Assembly: GCA_902589175.1 (NCBI GenBank)
Contig: CACIRX010000001.1
Location: 516-64,515 of the forward strand
Direction of reading: 5' to 3'
DNA: 64,000 bases
Source of the DNA: an uncultured Pelagibacteraceae bacterium
Lineage (GTDB): Bacteria > Pseudomonadota > Alphaproteobacteria > Pelagibacterales > AG-422-B15
Positions 17,726 to 27,687 of the stretch are shown piece by piece. Below the pieces are notes generated by a model that made no database searches, was not told where the DNA came from, and worked only from the letters and a program-made list of their open reading frames with translations. Made by a program: the position numbers and the translations under genes. How positions within the stretch are numbered: position 1 is the stretch's first letter; the number at the start of each line of letters is the position of its first letter.

Positions 17726-18288
17726 TAGTCAACTCTTTTTGAATATGATAGGTCCTCTGTATTAATTTCTATCTTTTCACCCTGTTCTATAAAAGGTGGA
17801 ACCATTACTCTAATACCATTTTCAAGAATGGCAGGCTTGTTAGATGAAGCGGCTGTTTGTCCTTTAACAACAGCCTCTGTTTCATTGACAATAAAAGATA
17901 AGGTTTTAGGAAGTTGAATTCCTATTGGCTTTTCATTATACATTTCTAAGATAACCTCATCATTTTCACTCATTAAAACTAGCTTTTCTCCAACTATTTC
18001 CTCATCAATTTCAATTTGTTCAAATGATGTACTGTTCATAAAAAAAAGTTTTTTATCTTGCTTGTACAGATACTGGTATTTTTCTTCATCCACTCTAACC
18101 CTCTCTACTTCTTCGGACGCTCTGAAACGTTCATTTAATTTCGTACTAGTTTTAATATTTTTCATCTCAACTTGATTAAATGCACCACCTTTACCAGGTT
18201 TTACAGACTGAGATTTATTTACAACCCACAATTCTCCCTTATGTTCAACTATCATTCCTGGTTTAATAGCGTTTCCATTAATTTTCAT
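17725..18288 (-). CDS. efp: Translation elongation factor P
   Basis: Contains IKPGMIVEHKGELWVV, the SVKPGKGGAF loop and three OB-like domains over 187 aa. Confidence 0.93.
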   Translation of the reverse strand: MKINGNAIKPGMIVEHKGELWVVNKSQSVKPGKGGAFNQVEMKNIKTSTKLNERFRASEEVERVRVDEEKYQYLYKQDKKLFFMNSTSFEQIEIDEEIVGEKLVLMSENDEVILEMYNEKPIGIQLPKTLSFIVNETEAVVKGQTAASSNKPAILENGIRVMVPPFIEQGEKIEINTEDLSYSKRVD

Positions 18289-18294
18289 TTTTTC

Positions 18295-19308
18295 TTAACC
18301 TTCGAGAGATTTATCCCATTGACCTTGTGCAGCCTTCATATTCATTACAGCTCTATGACTAAAAGCTTTTTGAGCCGCTTCAAGATTATCATCATCGCCA
18401 GCCCAAGTTTTGAGAGCTGCTTGTTGCAAAGCTCTTCCATAAGAAAAACTTAGCTTCCATTTGAAGCCACCTATTTTATTCATTGCATCGAGATGAGCTG
18501 TTGCATCTAGGTCTGACTGACCACCAGATAAAAAAACAATTCCAGGTAATTCATCTGGAACAGATGATTTGAGACATTGAATTGTTTTTTCTGCAACTTC
18601 TTCAATGGGGGCTTGGTAGTTATTTTCTGTTCCTGATATAACCATATTTGGTTTAAGAAGGGTTCCTTTAATATTAACATTTTTTTTATTAAGCATTTCA
18701 AATAATACTAATAGTGTTTGATTAGTAACCTCATGACATCTTTCCACAGAGTGGGACCCATCCATAATAACTTCAGGCTCAACAATCGGTACCATATTGT
18801 TTTGTTGAGCAATGAGCGCATATTCAGCTAATGCATTCATATTTTCGCTTATACAATTGTTCGATGGTATTTTATCACTTACATTTATAACGGCTCTCCA
18901 TTTTGTAAATTTCGCTCCAAGCTTCTCGTACTCTTGACAGCGTTCGTGAAGTCCATCTAATCCTGTAGTAATTTTTTCATCACTACCACCTTCAAGCTCT
19001 TTCACCCCTTGATCAACTTTAATTCCCGGCAGTGAGCCATGATCAAGTATAATATTTCTTAAATAGTCTCCATCGCTGGATTTTTGTCTAAGAGTTTCGT
19101 CAAAAAGTATTACTCCGCCAATTGCCTCCGCCATAACCGGAGATCTAAATAACATTTCCCTATACTTTCGTCTATTATCTTCGGTAGACTCAACATTAAT
19201 TGATTTGAATCGTTTCTCAATGGTTCCTGAACTTTCATCTGCTGCCAGAATTCCTTTGCCATCACTGACAATGTAATTTGCTATTTCTTCTAAGGTCTTT
19301 GGTATCAT
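18295..19308 (-). CDS. fba: Fructose-bisphosphate aldolase, class I
   Basis: Has GILAADES, GIKVDQG, the Schiff-base context TLLKPNMV, FLSGGQS and SFSYGRALQ. Confidence 0.9.
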   Translation of the reverse strand: MIPKTLEEIANYIVSDGKGILAADESSGTIEKRFKSINVESTEDNRRKYREMLFRSPVMAEAIGGVILFDETLRQKSSDGDYLRNIILDHGSLPGIKVDQGVKELEGGSDEKITTGLDGLHERCQEYEKLGAKFTKWRAVINVSDKIPSNNCISENMNALAEYALIAQQNNMVPIVEPEVIMDGSHSVERCHEVTNQTLLVLFEMLNKKNVNIKGTLLKPNMVISGTENNYQAPIEEVAEKTIQCLKSSVPDELPGIVFLSGGQSDLDATAHLDAMNKIGGFKWKLSFSYGRALQQAALKTWAGDDDNLEAAQKAFSHRAVMNMKAAQGQWDKSLEG

Positions 19309-19321
19309 TTTCTTCTCCTTT

Positions 19322-20518
19322 TTATAAAGCTCCTAAGGCAACTAAACCCGGCAATTTCTTACCTTCTATTAGCTCAAGTAGAGCTCCTCCGCCAGTAGAA
19401 ACATAAGAAAATTTTTCTTTAACAGCCGCCATATCCAGCGCGGAAATTGTATCGCCTCCCCCAGCAAAAGATCGAAGACTATTTTTATCAGTAATTTCAG
19501 CAATGAATTTAGCGATCTCGAATGTGCCTTTATGAAATGGTTTAGTTTCAAAGACACCTACTGGCCCATTCCAAAATACTGTTTCACAATTTGAAATTTC
19601 ATTCTTAATCAACTCGATAGTTTGCTTCCCAATATCTAAAATCATTTGATTATCTTTTACATCATCAACTGAACATTCGTTTATTTCTGTAGTTTCAGAT
19701 ACTTTCTCAGCTGTAACGACATCTAAAGGTAAAATCAGTTTACAGTTTTGCTTATTTGCAAAATTAATAATGTCTTTTACAAGGTGATCTACATCATTTT
19801 CAATCAATGAATTTTTTACATCATTTCCTAAATATTTAAGAAAATTATTAGCCATCCCACCAGCAATGACAATTGAGTTCATTCTTTGTAGGAGATTTTT
19901 TATAACTGTAATTTTTGTAGAGATTTTTGAGCCACCAATGATAGTTAATGCAGGAGTTTTAGGGTTATTAACTACATCATTTAAGTTTAATATTTCTTCA
20001 TGTAATAGTTCGCCGCAATAAGATGGCATGAAGTTTGTGATTGCTTCAATTGAAGCGTGAGCTCTATGAGAACATGCAAAAGCATCATTGATATAAACGT
20101 CTGCTAATTTTGATAGCTTTGATGCAAAAAATTTATCGTTTTTTTCTTCACCTTCATGAAAACGACAATTTTCAAGAAGAATAATTGAATCCTGGCTTAA
20201 AGAACTTATTTTTTTTTCAATCTCATCGCCTATACAATTTGAGAGAAATATTATTTGTTTTTGCAATACACTTTCTAATGAGTCGATTATTTGATTAAGT
20301 GAAAGCTTATCATTTTTTTTCCCTTTTGGTCTTCCTAGATGAGACAGAATCACAACTTTATTATTCCTATCAAGAAGGTTTTGTATTGGATTTTTAATTC
20401 TTGTGATCCGATCGCTTATTGTAGAGGCTTTTTTATTGAGTGGAATATTTAGGTCAAAGCGAATAAGTACGGTTTTATATTTCTGATCAAATGTTTTTAG
20501 AGCTTTAACATTTAACAT
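19322..20518 (-). CDS. pgk: Phosphoglycerate kinase
   Basis: Contains RFDLNIP, ILSHLGRPKG, IIGGSKISTKI, WNGPVGVFE and STGGGALLE. Confidence 0.95.
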   Translation of the reverse strand: MLNVKALKTFDQKYKTVLIRFDLNIPLNKKASTISDRITRIKNPIQNLLDRNNKVVILSHLGRPKGKKNDKLSLNQIIDSLESVLQKQIIFLSNCIGDEIEKKISSLSQDSIILLENCRFHEGEEKNDKFFASKLSKLADVYINDAFACSHRAHASIEAITNFMPSYCGELLHEEILNLNDVVNNPKTPALTIIGGSKISTKITVIKNLLQRMNSIVIAGGMANNFLKYLGNDVKNSLIENDVDHLVKDIINFANKQNCKLILPLDVVTAEKVSETTEINECSVDDVKDNQMILDIGKQTIELIKNEISNCETVFWNGPVGVFETKPFHKGTFEIAKFIAEITDKNSLRSFAGGGDTISALDMAAVKEKFSYVSTGGGALLELIEGKKLPGLVALGAL

Positions 20519-20519
20519 T

Positions 20520-21530
20520 CTATCTAGATCTTTTCATCGCAACTGCAGTATCACACATTCTATTTGAAAAGCCCCATTCATTATCATACCAACTTAAAAC
20601 TCTTCCAAACTTTCCATCAATTACTTGTGTTTGAGTTAAATCAAAATTTGACGAGGCAGGATTATGATTAAAATCAGATGAAACCAATGGTTTAGAATTT
20701 ACATCTAGGATTCCATTAAGCTTATTTGATTTCGCTGCAGCTGACATAGCCTTATTAATACTATCGACTGTCATTCTTTTTTTAGAAACAAATTTAAAGT
20801 CGATTAATGAAACATTGGGTGTTGGTACTCTAATTGCAGTTCCATCTAACTTACCAGAAAGCTCAGGCATAACGAGTCCTACTGCTTTTGCAGCTCCTGT
20901 AGATGTAGGTATCATTGACAACGACGCAGCTCGAGCTCTTCTTAAGTCAGAGTGAAATGTATCCAGAACACTTTGGTCACCAGTAAAGGCATGTATAGTT
21001 GTCATATAGCCATGAACAATTTTAAATTTATCGTGTAAAACTTTTGCAACAGGAGCTAGACAATTTGTTGTACAAGACGCATTAGAGACAACTAGGTCTT
21101 CTTTTGTTATCTCATCTTCATTCACTCCATATACAATGGTTTTATCAGCATTTGTACATGGCGCCGAGACCAAAACTTTTTTTGCGCCAGCCTTGATATG
21201 CATTGCAGCTTTCTCTTTTGAAGTGAATAATCCAGTACATTCAAGAGCGACGTCAATTTTCATTCTTTTCCAAGGAAGTTTTTGAGGATCTCTCTGATTC
21301 AATACTGTAATACTTTTTCTGCCAACGATCATTTTATTGCGCTTCAACGATACTTTTTCATTAAGAGGACCGTGAACTGTATCATTTGCAAGTAAAAAAG
21401 CATTTGTTTCTAATGGGGCTAAATCGTTTATAGCTACGACATTAATATCTTTTCTTCTGCTCTCAATGATTGATCTTAAAACCAACCTTCCAATTCTTCC
21501 AAACCCACTTATTGCAACATTTACAGCCAT
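20520..21530 (-). CDS. gap: Glyceraldehyde-3-phosphate dehydrogenase (type I)
   Basis: Contains ISGFGRIGR, the active site SNASCTTNCLAP and WYDNEWGFSNR. Confidence 0.95.
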   Translation of the reverse strand: MAVNVAISGFGRIGRLVLRSIIESRRKDINVVAINDLAPLETNAFLLANDTVHGPLNEKVSLKRNKMIVGRKSITVLNQRDPQKLPWKRMKIDVALECTGLFTSKEKAAMHIKAGAKKVLVSAPCTNADKTIVYGVNEDEITKEDLVVSNASCTTNCLAPVAKVLHDKFKIVHGYMTTIHAFTGDQSVLDTFHSDLRRARAASLSMIPTSTGAAKAVGLVMPELSGKLDGTAIRVPTPNVSLIDFKFVSKKRMTVDSINKAMSAAAKSNKLNGILDVNSKPLVSSDFNHNPASSNFDLTQTQVIDGKFGRVLSWYDNEWGFSNRMCDTAVAMKRSR

Positions 21531-21542
21531 ATTTAGTATCTC

Positions 21543-23540
21543 CTATATTTTCTTACTTATTAATTTGAATATTTTTTTTGCTGTGATCCCATAAAAATCA
21601 TAGAGCTTTTGATAAGGAGCACTTGCTCCAAAATCTTTCATACCGATGTTTATTGTATTTTCTGGGCATATTTGGTTCCACCCAAAATTAGATCCCGCCT
21701 CAATCGAGACATTAATTTCAGAGTTTCCTCTAATTATTTTTTGATAACTTTTACTTTGGATTTTAAACTGTTCCATGCACGGCACTGAAACGACTCTCAC
21801 TAACTTATTCTTTTTTTCAAGCATAGTCATTAATTGCAGTGCAATTTCGACTTCAGAGCCAGACGCGAAAATAGAAATATTAGGTTTTTTTGAATTACTT
21901 TTTAATTCGTAAGCTCCTTGAGCACTAATATTTTTTTCATGATACTTTTTTCTTATCATTGGAAGTTTTTGCCTTGTAAGCGCAATTACACTTGGTCCCT
22001 TTGAATTTGAAAGCGCTAATTCCCATACTTCCGCAGTTTCAATTAAATCAGCAGGTCTAAAGACTTTTACATTTGGCGTTGCTCTTAATGATGCAAGCTG
22101 TTCAATTGGTTGATGCGTTGGGCCATCTTCACCAAGACCGATTGAATCATGTGTTAATATATATATAGCTCTTTGTTTCATTAAAGCTGCAAGACGAAGA
22201 GATGGTTTACAATAATCTAAAAAAATTAAAAAGGTTCCACCAAATGGAATAATTCCTTTATGGAGTGACAAACCATTCATGATGGAAGCCATACCGTGTT
22301 CTCGTATTCCATAGTAAATATAATTGCCATTGTAATTTGTAGAATTAATAACTTCCATTTTACTACCTTTGGTATTGTTAGAACCTGTCAAGTCTGCTGA
22401 GCCTCCGACCAATTCAGGTAGTGATGATGAAATTGTATTTATTACCATTTCTGATGCTTGTCGTGTGGCAACATCGAGTGGTTTCTTAATATATTTCTTC
22501 TTAAACTGATTAAAGTTTTGAATTAATTTTAATGGAAGCTTTCCTTCAATTCTTCTTATGTAGTAAGCCTTTTTGCTTTTTGGAAGTTTCTCATAATTCA
22601 ATTTCCAAGACTTATACGCATCTATTGATTTTTTACTAAGATTTTTCCACTCCTCAAGAATATTTTTTGGAACTGTAAATGGTTTGTGTGGCCAATTCAG
22701 TTTTGTTCTAGTAAGTTTTACTTCATTCTCACCAAGTGGTGAACCATGAACTGATGATTTTCCTTGTTTGTTTGGAGATCCAAAACCAATTTTAGTTTTA
22801 CAAGAAATTAATGTAGGTTTCTTAGATTTTTGAGCTTTCTTAATTGACTGTATTATTTCTTTAGGTTTGTGACCATTTATTTTAATTGTATTCCATCCAT
22901 AGGCTTTAAATCTTTCAGCCGTATTTTCTGAGTTTGCTAGTTTAACAGGCCCATCTATTGAAATTCCATTATCGTCAAAAAAAACAATTAATTTATTTAG
23001 TTTTAGATGTCCTGCAAAAGATGCGACTTCATGAGAAATCCCCTCCATTAAATCTCCATCACTTGCAATAACGTAAGTGAAATGATTTACAATTTTTTCG
23101 CCAAATTGACTTCTTAGTATTTCTTCTGCTAACGCCATTCCAACTGCATTGCCGATACCTTGTCCAAGTGGGCCAGTCGTCGTTTCTATTCCTTTAGCGT
23201 GCCCATACTCTGGATGACCTGCACATTTACTACCAAGCTGTCTAAATTTCTTGATCTCTTGAATAGTCATATCTTTATGACCGGTTAGATAGAGTAGTGA
23301 GTATAAAAGCATTGATCCATGACCAGCAGATAGTACGAACCGATCTCTATCATGCCACCTTGGAACATTAGGATTGTATTTTATAAACTTCGTAAAAAGA
23401 ACAGTTGCTACATCTGCCATACCCATTGGTAAACCTGGGTGACCACTTTTTGCTTTTTCAACCGCATCGATTGAAAGAAACCTTATTGCGTTAGCTAAAT
23501 CATCATGAGTAACTGTAGACTGATCTTTTTTGTTAGGCAT
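21543..23540 (-). CDS. tkt: Transketolase
   Basis: Contains SGHPGLPMGMADV, LSAGHGSMLLYSLLYLTG, GDLMEGISHE and THDSIGLGEDGPTHQPIE. Confidence 0.95.
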   Translation of the reverse strand: MPNKKDQSTVTHDDLANAIRFLSIDAVEKAKSGHPGLPMGMADVATVLFTKFIKYNPNVPRWHDRDRFVLSAGHGSMLLYSLLYLTGHKDMTIQEIKKFRQLGSKCAGHPEYGHAKGIETTTGPLGQGIGNAVGMALAEEILRSQFGEKIVNHFTYVIASDGDLMEGISHEVASFAGHLKLNKLIVFFDDNGISIDGPVKLANSENTAERFKAYGWNTIKINGHKPKEIIQSIKKAQKSKKPTLISCKTKIGFGSPNKQGKSSVHGSPLGENEVKLTRTKLNWPHKPFTVPKNILEEWKNLSKKSIDAYKSWKLNYEKLPKSKKAYYIRRIEGKLPLKLIQNFNQFKKKYIKKPLDVATRQASEMVINTISSSLPELVGGSADLTGSNNTKGSKMEVINSTNYNGNYIYYGIREHGMASIMNGLSLHKGIIPFGGTFLIFLDYCKPSLRLAALMKQRAIYILTHDSIGLGEDGPTHQPIEQLASLRATPNVKVFRPADLIETAEVWELALSNSKGPSVIALTRQKLPMIRKKYHEKNISAQGAYELKSNSKKPNISIFASGSEVEIALQLMTMLEKKNKLVRVVSVPCMEQFKIQSKSYQKIIRGNSEINVSIEAGSNFGWNQICPENTINIGMKDFGASAPYQKLYDFYGITAKKIFKLISKKI

Positions 23541-23705
23541 ATTATCAATAAATTGGATTTTGAGCTTAATATAAGCAATTATCTATAAAGAGTCTTAAAT
23601 TTTAGCAAATTATTAACAAAAAAATAATCTCTTCATTTGCAATATTATAAGTTGACTGAGAACAAAAAAGACAGTTAAACTCGATTAAAGTTTCAAGGGG
23701 TTTTA

Positions 23706-23969
23706 ATGTCGAGTTATCAAGATTCAAAAGCTAAATTTAATGGTGCAATTGATAAACTTAGTGAGGAAATCGACAAATTAACAAAAAAAGCTCAAAGAGC
23801 TACAGAATTGGAAGCGCAAAATCAAAAATTACAAGAAAATAACTCTCATCTAGAGAATGAAATTAAGATTCTTAAGTCAGATTTCATGGAACTTAAAAAT
23901 ATTGCAGGCAATATTTCTTCTCAACTCGATGAAAACATTTATACCATAAAAGATATATTAGATTCTTAA
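23706..23969 (+). CDS. Coiled-coil protein of the DUF4164 type (precedes zapA in Alphaproteobacteria)
   Basis: An 87-aa heptad-rich sequence immediately upstream (3-nt gap) of zapA. The family assignment rests on context and composition. Confidence 0.5.
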   Translation: MSSYQDSKAKFNGAIDKLSEEIDKLTKKAQRATELEAQNQKLQENNSHLENEIKILKSDFMELKNIAGNISSQLDENIYTIKDILDS

Positions 23970-23972
23970 GCA

Positions 23973-24335
23973 ATGCCTGAAATAATTGTAAATATTAATG
24001 ATCAAGATTACGCAATTGTCTGCGATCCGGGTGAAGAAAACCATCTTAAACATTTAAGCTCAAAAATTGACTATAAAGTGAGAGAATTAACTAAGAGATT
24101 TGGAAAAATTGGAGAAACCAGATTAATGGTAATGGCTTCACTGTTAATAGCAGATGAAATACATGAGCTAAATAAAAAACTAGAAACAAATATTGAAAAA
24201 ATAAATTCCCTTGAAGCAAACATTGGTTCAAAAGATAAAGAATTGACTGACCAGAAAAAAGAGAGTCAGGAATATATAGACATTAGCAACGATAGATTAA
24301 CAGATTTATTATCACGCTTGTCTCTTGTAAACTAA
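23973..24335 (+). CDS. zapA: Cell division protein ZapA
   Basis: Has the IVNINDQDYAIVCDPGEENHL head, TRLMVMASLLIADE and a C-terminal coiled coil. It occupies the position before 5-FCL, as in many Proteobacteria. Confidence 0.8.
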   Translation: MPEIIVNINDQDYAIVCDPGEENHLKHLSSKIDYKVRELTKRFGKIGETRLMVMASLLIADEIHELNKKLETNIEKINSLEANIGSKDKELTDQKKESQEYIDISNDRLTDLLSRLSLVN

Positions 24336-24361
24336 TTTAAAAATTAGATCACATTTTATAC

Positions 24362-24937
24362 ATGACGAAAAGTGTGCAACTGAGAGAAAAAGAAGCATTA
24401 AGAAAGTTCTTAATCAATCGACGCTCAGAACTTGGTCCATCAATAGAATTTCAGAGTAATATACTTAATAACATTAAGCCCCTCATAGACGAAATAGAAA
24501 ATGAATATATTGGAACTTTTATAAGTTTCAGAGATGAATTAGATACAAAAAAATTAAACCAATATTTACTTGAAAGAAAACTTAATTTAGCTTTACCAGC
24601 CATAGATTTTCAGACTAAAGAAATTAATTTCTTCATGTATCATAAAAACACTGAATTAAAAGAAAATAAATTTTCTATTTTAGAACCTAAGAATAAAGAT
24701 AAAGTTATCTATCCAAAAATTATTTTAATACCATTATTAGGTTATTCCAAAAGTGGCTTTAGGTTAGGGTATGGGGGTGGATATTATGATAAGTATTTAT
24801 CAAAGAATGGTATTGGTGATGTAAAAAAGATAGGAATTGCATTTTCATTTCAAGAAGTAAAAGAAATTCCTGTCGAAGATCATGATGAAAGACTTGATTG
24901 GATTTTAACTGAAAAACATTTATATAAAGTTCAATGA
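24362..24937 (+). CDS. 5-formyltetrahydrofolate cyclo-ligase
   Basis: At 191 aa it has LGYSKSGFRLGYGGGYYDKYL and EDHDERLDWILTE, the family's C-terminal signature. Confidence 0.85.
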   Translation: MTKSVQLREKEALRKFLINRRSELGPSIEFQSNILNNIKPLIDEIENEYIGTFISFRDELDTKKLNQYLLERKLNLALPAIDFQTKEINFFMYHKNTELKENKFSILEPKNKDKVIYPKIILIPLLGYSKSGFRLGYGGGYYDKYLSKNGIGDVKKIGIAFSFQEVKEIPVEDHDERLDWILTEKHLYKVQ

Positions 24938-25734
24938 GAATTCTATTTTTAGGCGATGTAATGGGTCGATCTGGAAGACATGCTTTGAGAGATCATCTAC
25001 CAGATGCTATTAAAAATAATAATATAGATTTTGTTATTGCTAATGGGGAAAATTCTGCTGGTGGCTTTGGTATTACTGAGCCAATATGCAACGAATTATA
25101 TTCTTATGGAGTTAATGTAATCACAACTGGAAATCATTTGTGGGATCAAAAAGAGATAAATAGTTATATCGACAAAGATGATAAACTTTTAAAGCCTTAT
25201 AATTTTGCTGAAGGCTCCCCAGGTTTAGGCGTAAATACTTATATGCATGAGAATGGACAAAAAATTGCGGTAATAAATTTAATGGGGAATTTATTTATGA
25301 GATCGTGTGATAATGCATTTTTTAAAATTGAAGAAGTTCTTAAAAATTTAAAAACTGAAGATCTATCATTTATATTTGTTGATTTTCATGCTGAAGCTAC
25401 AAGTGAAAAAATGGCAATGGGACACCATCTTGACGGAAGAGTAACAGCAGTTGTTGGAACTCATACCCACGTTCCAACTGCAGATGCAACAATCATGGAA
25501 CATGGAACAGCTTTTCAAACTGACGCTGGAATGTGTGGTGACTATGACTCAGTTATTGGCACAAAAAAAGAGGAGTTCGTAAGAAAATTTGCTACACAAG
25601 ACACCGAGCGAAAAAGGGTACCTCCGGCTGATGGCGAAGGAACATTATGTGGGGTTATTATAGAATCAAACACTGAAAACTATTTAGCAAAAAGCATTAG
25701 TTCAATCCGTATTGGAGGAAAAATCGGTAATTAA
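24934..25734 (+). CDS. YmdB-like metallophosphoesterase (TIGR00282 family)
   Basis: Contains MRILFLGDVMGRSGR, ANGENSAGGFGIT, DFHAEATSEK and GTHTHVPTAD. Confidence 0.85.
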   Translation: MRILFLGDVMGRSGRHALRDHLPDAIKNNNIDFVIANGENSAGGFGITEPICNELYSYGVNVITTGNHLWDQKEINSYIDKDDKLLKPYNFAEGSPGLGVNTYMHENGQKIAVINLMGNLFMRSCDNAFFKIEEVLKNLKTEDLSFIFVDFHAEATSEKMAMGHHLDGRVTAVVGTHTHVPTADATIMEHGTAFQTDAGMCGDYDSVIGTKKEEFVRKFATQDTERKRVPPADGEGTLCGVIIESNTENYLAKSISSIRIGGKIGN

Positions 25735-26478
25735 ATGGCAGGCCACTCTAAATTTAAAAACATTATGTACCGAAAAGGTGCACAAGATAAAAAGAGAGCT
25801 AGTTTATTTTCTAAACTTTCAAAGGAAATTACGGTAGCAGCTAAGTTGGGTGCACCTGATCCTGATCAAAATGCGAGATTAAGATCAGCTATACAATTAG
25901 CAAAAGCTTCAAGTTTCCCAAAGGAAAATATCGATAGGGCGATAAAAAAATCTTTGGATAAAGATACTGTTAACTATGATCAAATGAGGTACGAAGGATT
26001 TGGGCCAAACGGAACGTCGATAATTGTCGAGGCACTTACGGATAATCGAAATAGAACAGCTTCAAATGTAAGATCTGCATTTCAAAAATTTGGAGGTTCA
26101 ATGGGTGAAACAGGTTCAGTCTCCCATGCATTTAATCATTATGGTTTTGTGCGTTATAACAAAGATGTGACAAGCGAAGAAGATTTTTTCAATTTTTCGA
26201 TTGAGGGTGGAGCTGAAGATTGTTTTATCGAAGAAGATACTTATGAAGCAGTATCTACGCCAGAAACTCTATCAAATTTATATAATTATTTAGATAAAAA
26301 ATTTGGTGAGCCTGTATCATCAGGTTTCCAATGGAAACCTGTTACGTGTGTAGCTATTGAGGGCGATAAACTTAAATCCCTTATTAACTTGCTCAATGAA
26401 CTTGATAATGATGAGGATGTTCAACAGGTCTTTTCAAATTTTGAGGCATCAGACGAAGAATTAGCAAAGTTTGCTTAA
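25735..26478 (+). CDS. yebC: YebC/PmpR family DNA-binding transcriptional regulator
   Basis: Has the MAGHSKFKNIMYRKGAQDKKRA N-terminus and the typical three-domain length of 247 aa. Confidence 0.92.
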   Translation: MAGHSKFKNIMYRKGAQDKKRASLFSKLSKEITVAAKLGAPDPDQNARLRSAIQLAKASSFPKENIDRAIKKSLDKDTVNYDQMRYEGFGPNGTSIIVEALTDNRNRTASNVRSAFQKFGGSMGETGSVSHAFNHYGFVRYNKDVTSEEDFFNFSIEGGAEDCFIEEDTYEAVSTPETLSNLYNYLDKKFGEPVSSGFQWKPVTCVAIEGDKLKSLINLLNELDNDEDVQQVFSNFEASDEELAKFA

Positions 26479-26545
26479 TTTATTCACTTTCAAAAAAAAT
26501 TTATATGAATTAATCTTAAATTATTAAGTAATTCTGATTCGCTTT

Positions 26546-26926
26546 ATGCCAGGTAGTTCTCCAAAAAGAAAAGGTGATGGATACGAGAGAGAGCTTGCGA
26601 AGTACTTCAATGAAAAAATTTTTAATGGAGAAGATAAAGTTCAACGTATGCCTTTGTCAGGTGGTGGCGCTATCAAATCTTCTGGAGGTAGTGATTTAAA
26701 AAATACTCCTCATATATATGTAGAAGCTAAGAGAACTGAAAAGTTCAAAATTCATGAATCAATGAGACAAGTTTGCGAAAATATTGAAACATCTAAATCA
26801 GAATCAATGCCGGTAGTTATAACTAGAAGAAATCGAGAGGCAACAGGGGATTCGCTTTGTGTTTTAAAACTTGATGACTTTATAGAACTTTATCGAATAT
26901 TAATTAATAGTAAAAAAGGACTTTAG
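26546..26926 (+). CDS. PD-(D/E)xK nuclease resembling archaeal Holliday-junction resolvase Hjc
   Basis: The pattern KRKGDGYERELAKYF ... LSGGG ... GGSDL ... IYVEAKRTE reproduces the Hjc-type arrangement KG..ERE / SG / D / hEhK. The 126-aa size also fits. Confidence 0.55.
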   Translation: MPGSSPKRKGDGYERELAKYFNEKIFNGEDKVQRMPLSGGGAIKSSGGSDLKNTPHIYVEAKRTEKFKIHESMRQVCENIETSKSESMPVVITRRNREATGDSLCVLKLDDFIELYRILINSKKGL

Positions 26927-26970
26927 GATTTGCCCTAATTAAGACAATATTTAATAATAATTGAAAAATT

Positions 26971-27675
26971 ATGGAAAACGAAGATTTAGTAAGTGTTAGC
27001 CAAGTAAACGATGAGTTCACATTAATTTCACTTTTTTTTAGAGCAGATATTGTTGTAAAGTTAGTGATTCTAATTCTATTTGCTTCTTCTATTTTCTCAT
27101 GGACAATCATAATTCATAAAATTCGTTTATTTCGTTCTTTAAAAGAAATCAGTAAGCAATTCGAGGAGGAATTTTGGTCGGGAAGATCAATAAAAGAAAT
27201 CACTAGTAGTACGAGAGAATTACCAGAAAGTCCAATTAAGTATGTTTTCAATGAAGCTGTTGACGAGATTGAAAAGTCTAATCAGGAAACTACAAAAAAA
27301 ATAGATAGTTTAGTTGATAGATTAAATCGTGTTATGGAGGCAGCAATAGATTTTCAAAATGAGAAACTATCTGAATATTTTAGTTATTTAGCAACAATAG
27401 GCGCTACGACTCCATTTATTGGATTATTTGGAACGGTCTGGGGAATAATGAATTCTTTTCAATCTATTGCTATATCAAGAAATACCTCCCTTGCAGTAGT
27501 TGCTCCTGGAATAGCTGAGGCATTATTTGCAACTGCTCTTGGTTTATTAGCAGCAATACCTGCTGTTATTGCTTACAATATATTTACTAGTCAGGTGAAT
27601 GATGAAAATGCACGAATGTATCGATTTAAAGAACATTTTAATGTTATTTTCTCAAGAGGCTTGAATACGAAATAG
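26971..27675 (+). CDS. tolQ: Tol-Pal system protein TolQ (MotA/TolQ/ExbB channel)
   Basis: Has three TM segments and LATIGATTPFIGLFGTVWGIMNSF. It is followed by tolR-tolA-tolB-pal. Confidence 0.9.
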   Translation: MENEDLVSVSQVNDEFTLISLFFRADIVVKLVILILFASSIFSWTIIIHKIRLFRSLKEISKQFEEEFWSGRSIKEITSSTRELPESPIKYVFNEAVDEIEKSNQETTKKIDSLVDRLNRVMEAAIDFQNEKLSEYFSYLATIGATTPFIGLFGTVWGIMNSFQSIAISRNTSLAVVAPGIAEALFATALGLLAAIPAVIAYNIFTSQVNDENARMYRFKEHFNVIFSRGLNTK

Positions 27676-27687
27676 AAATTTTAAATT

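Noticed and set aside
23675-23688. CtrA-box-like TTAA...TTAA upstream of the DUF4164-zapA cell-division genes
   Set aside because: The spacing between the TTAA half-sites is 6 nt, not the 7 nt of the CtrA consensus (TTAA-N7-TTAA). TTAA is extremely common in this composition.
24336-24361. Expected 6S RNA (ssrS) between zapA and the 5-formyl-THF cyclo-ligase gene
   Set aside because: In many Proteobacteria ssrS sits exactly at this junction. Here the spacer is only 26 nt, far too short for an RNA of about 180 nt. No 6S-like structure was recognised elsewhere in the window. This absence is worth a covariance-model check genome-wide but is not a positive finding.
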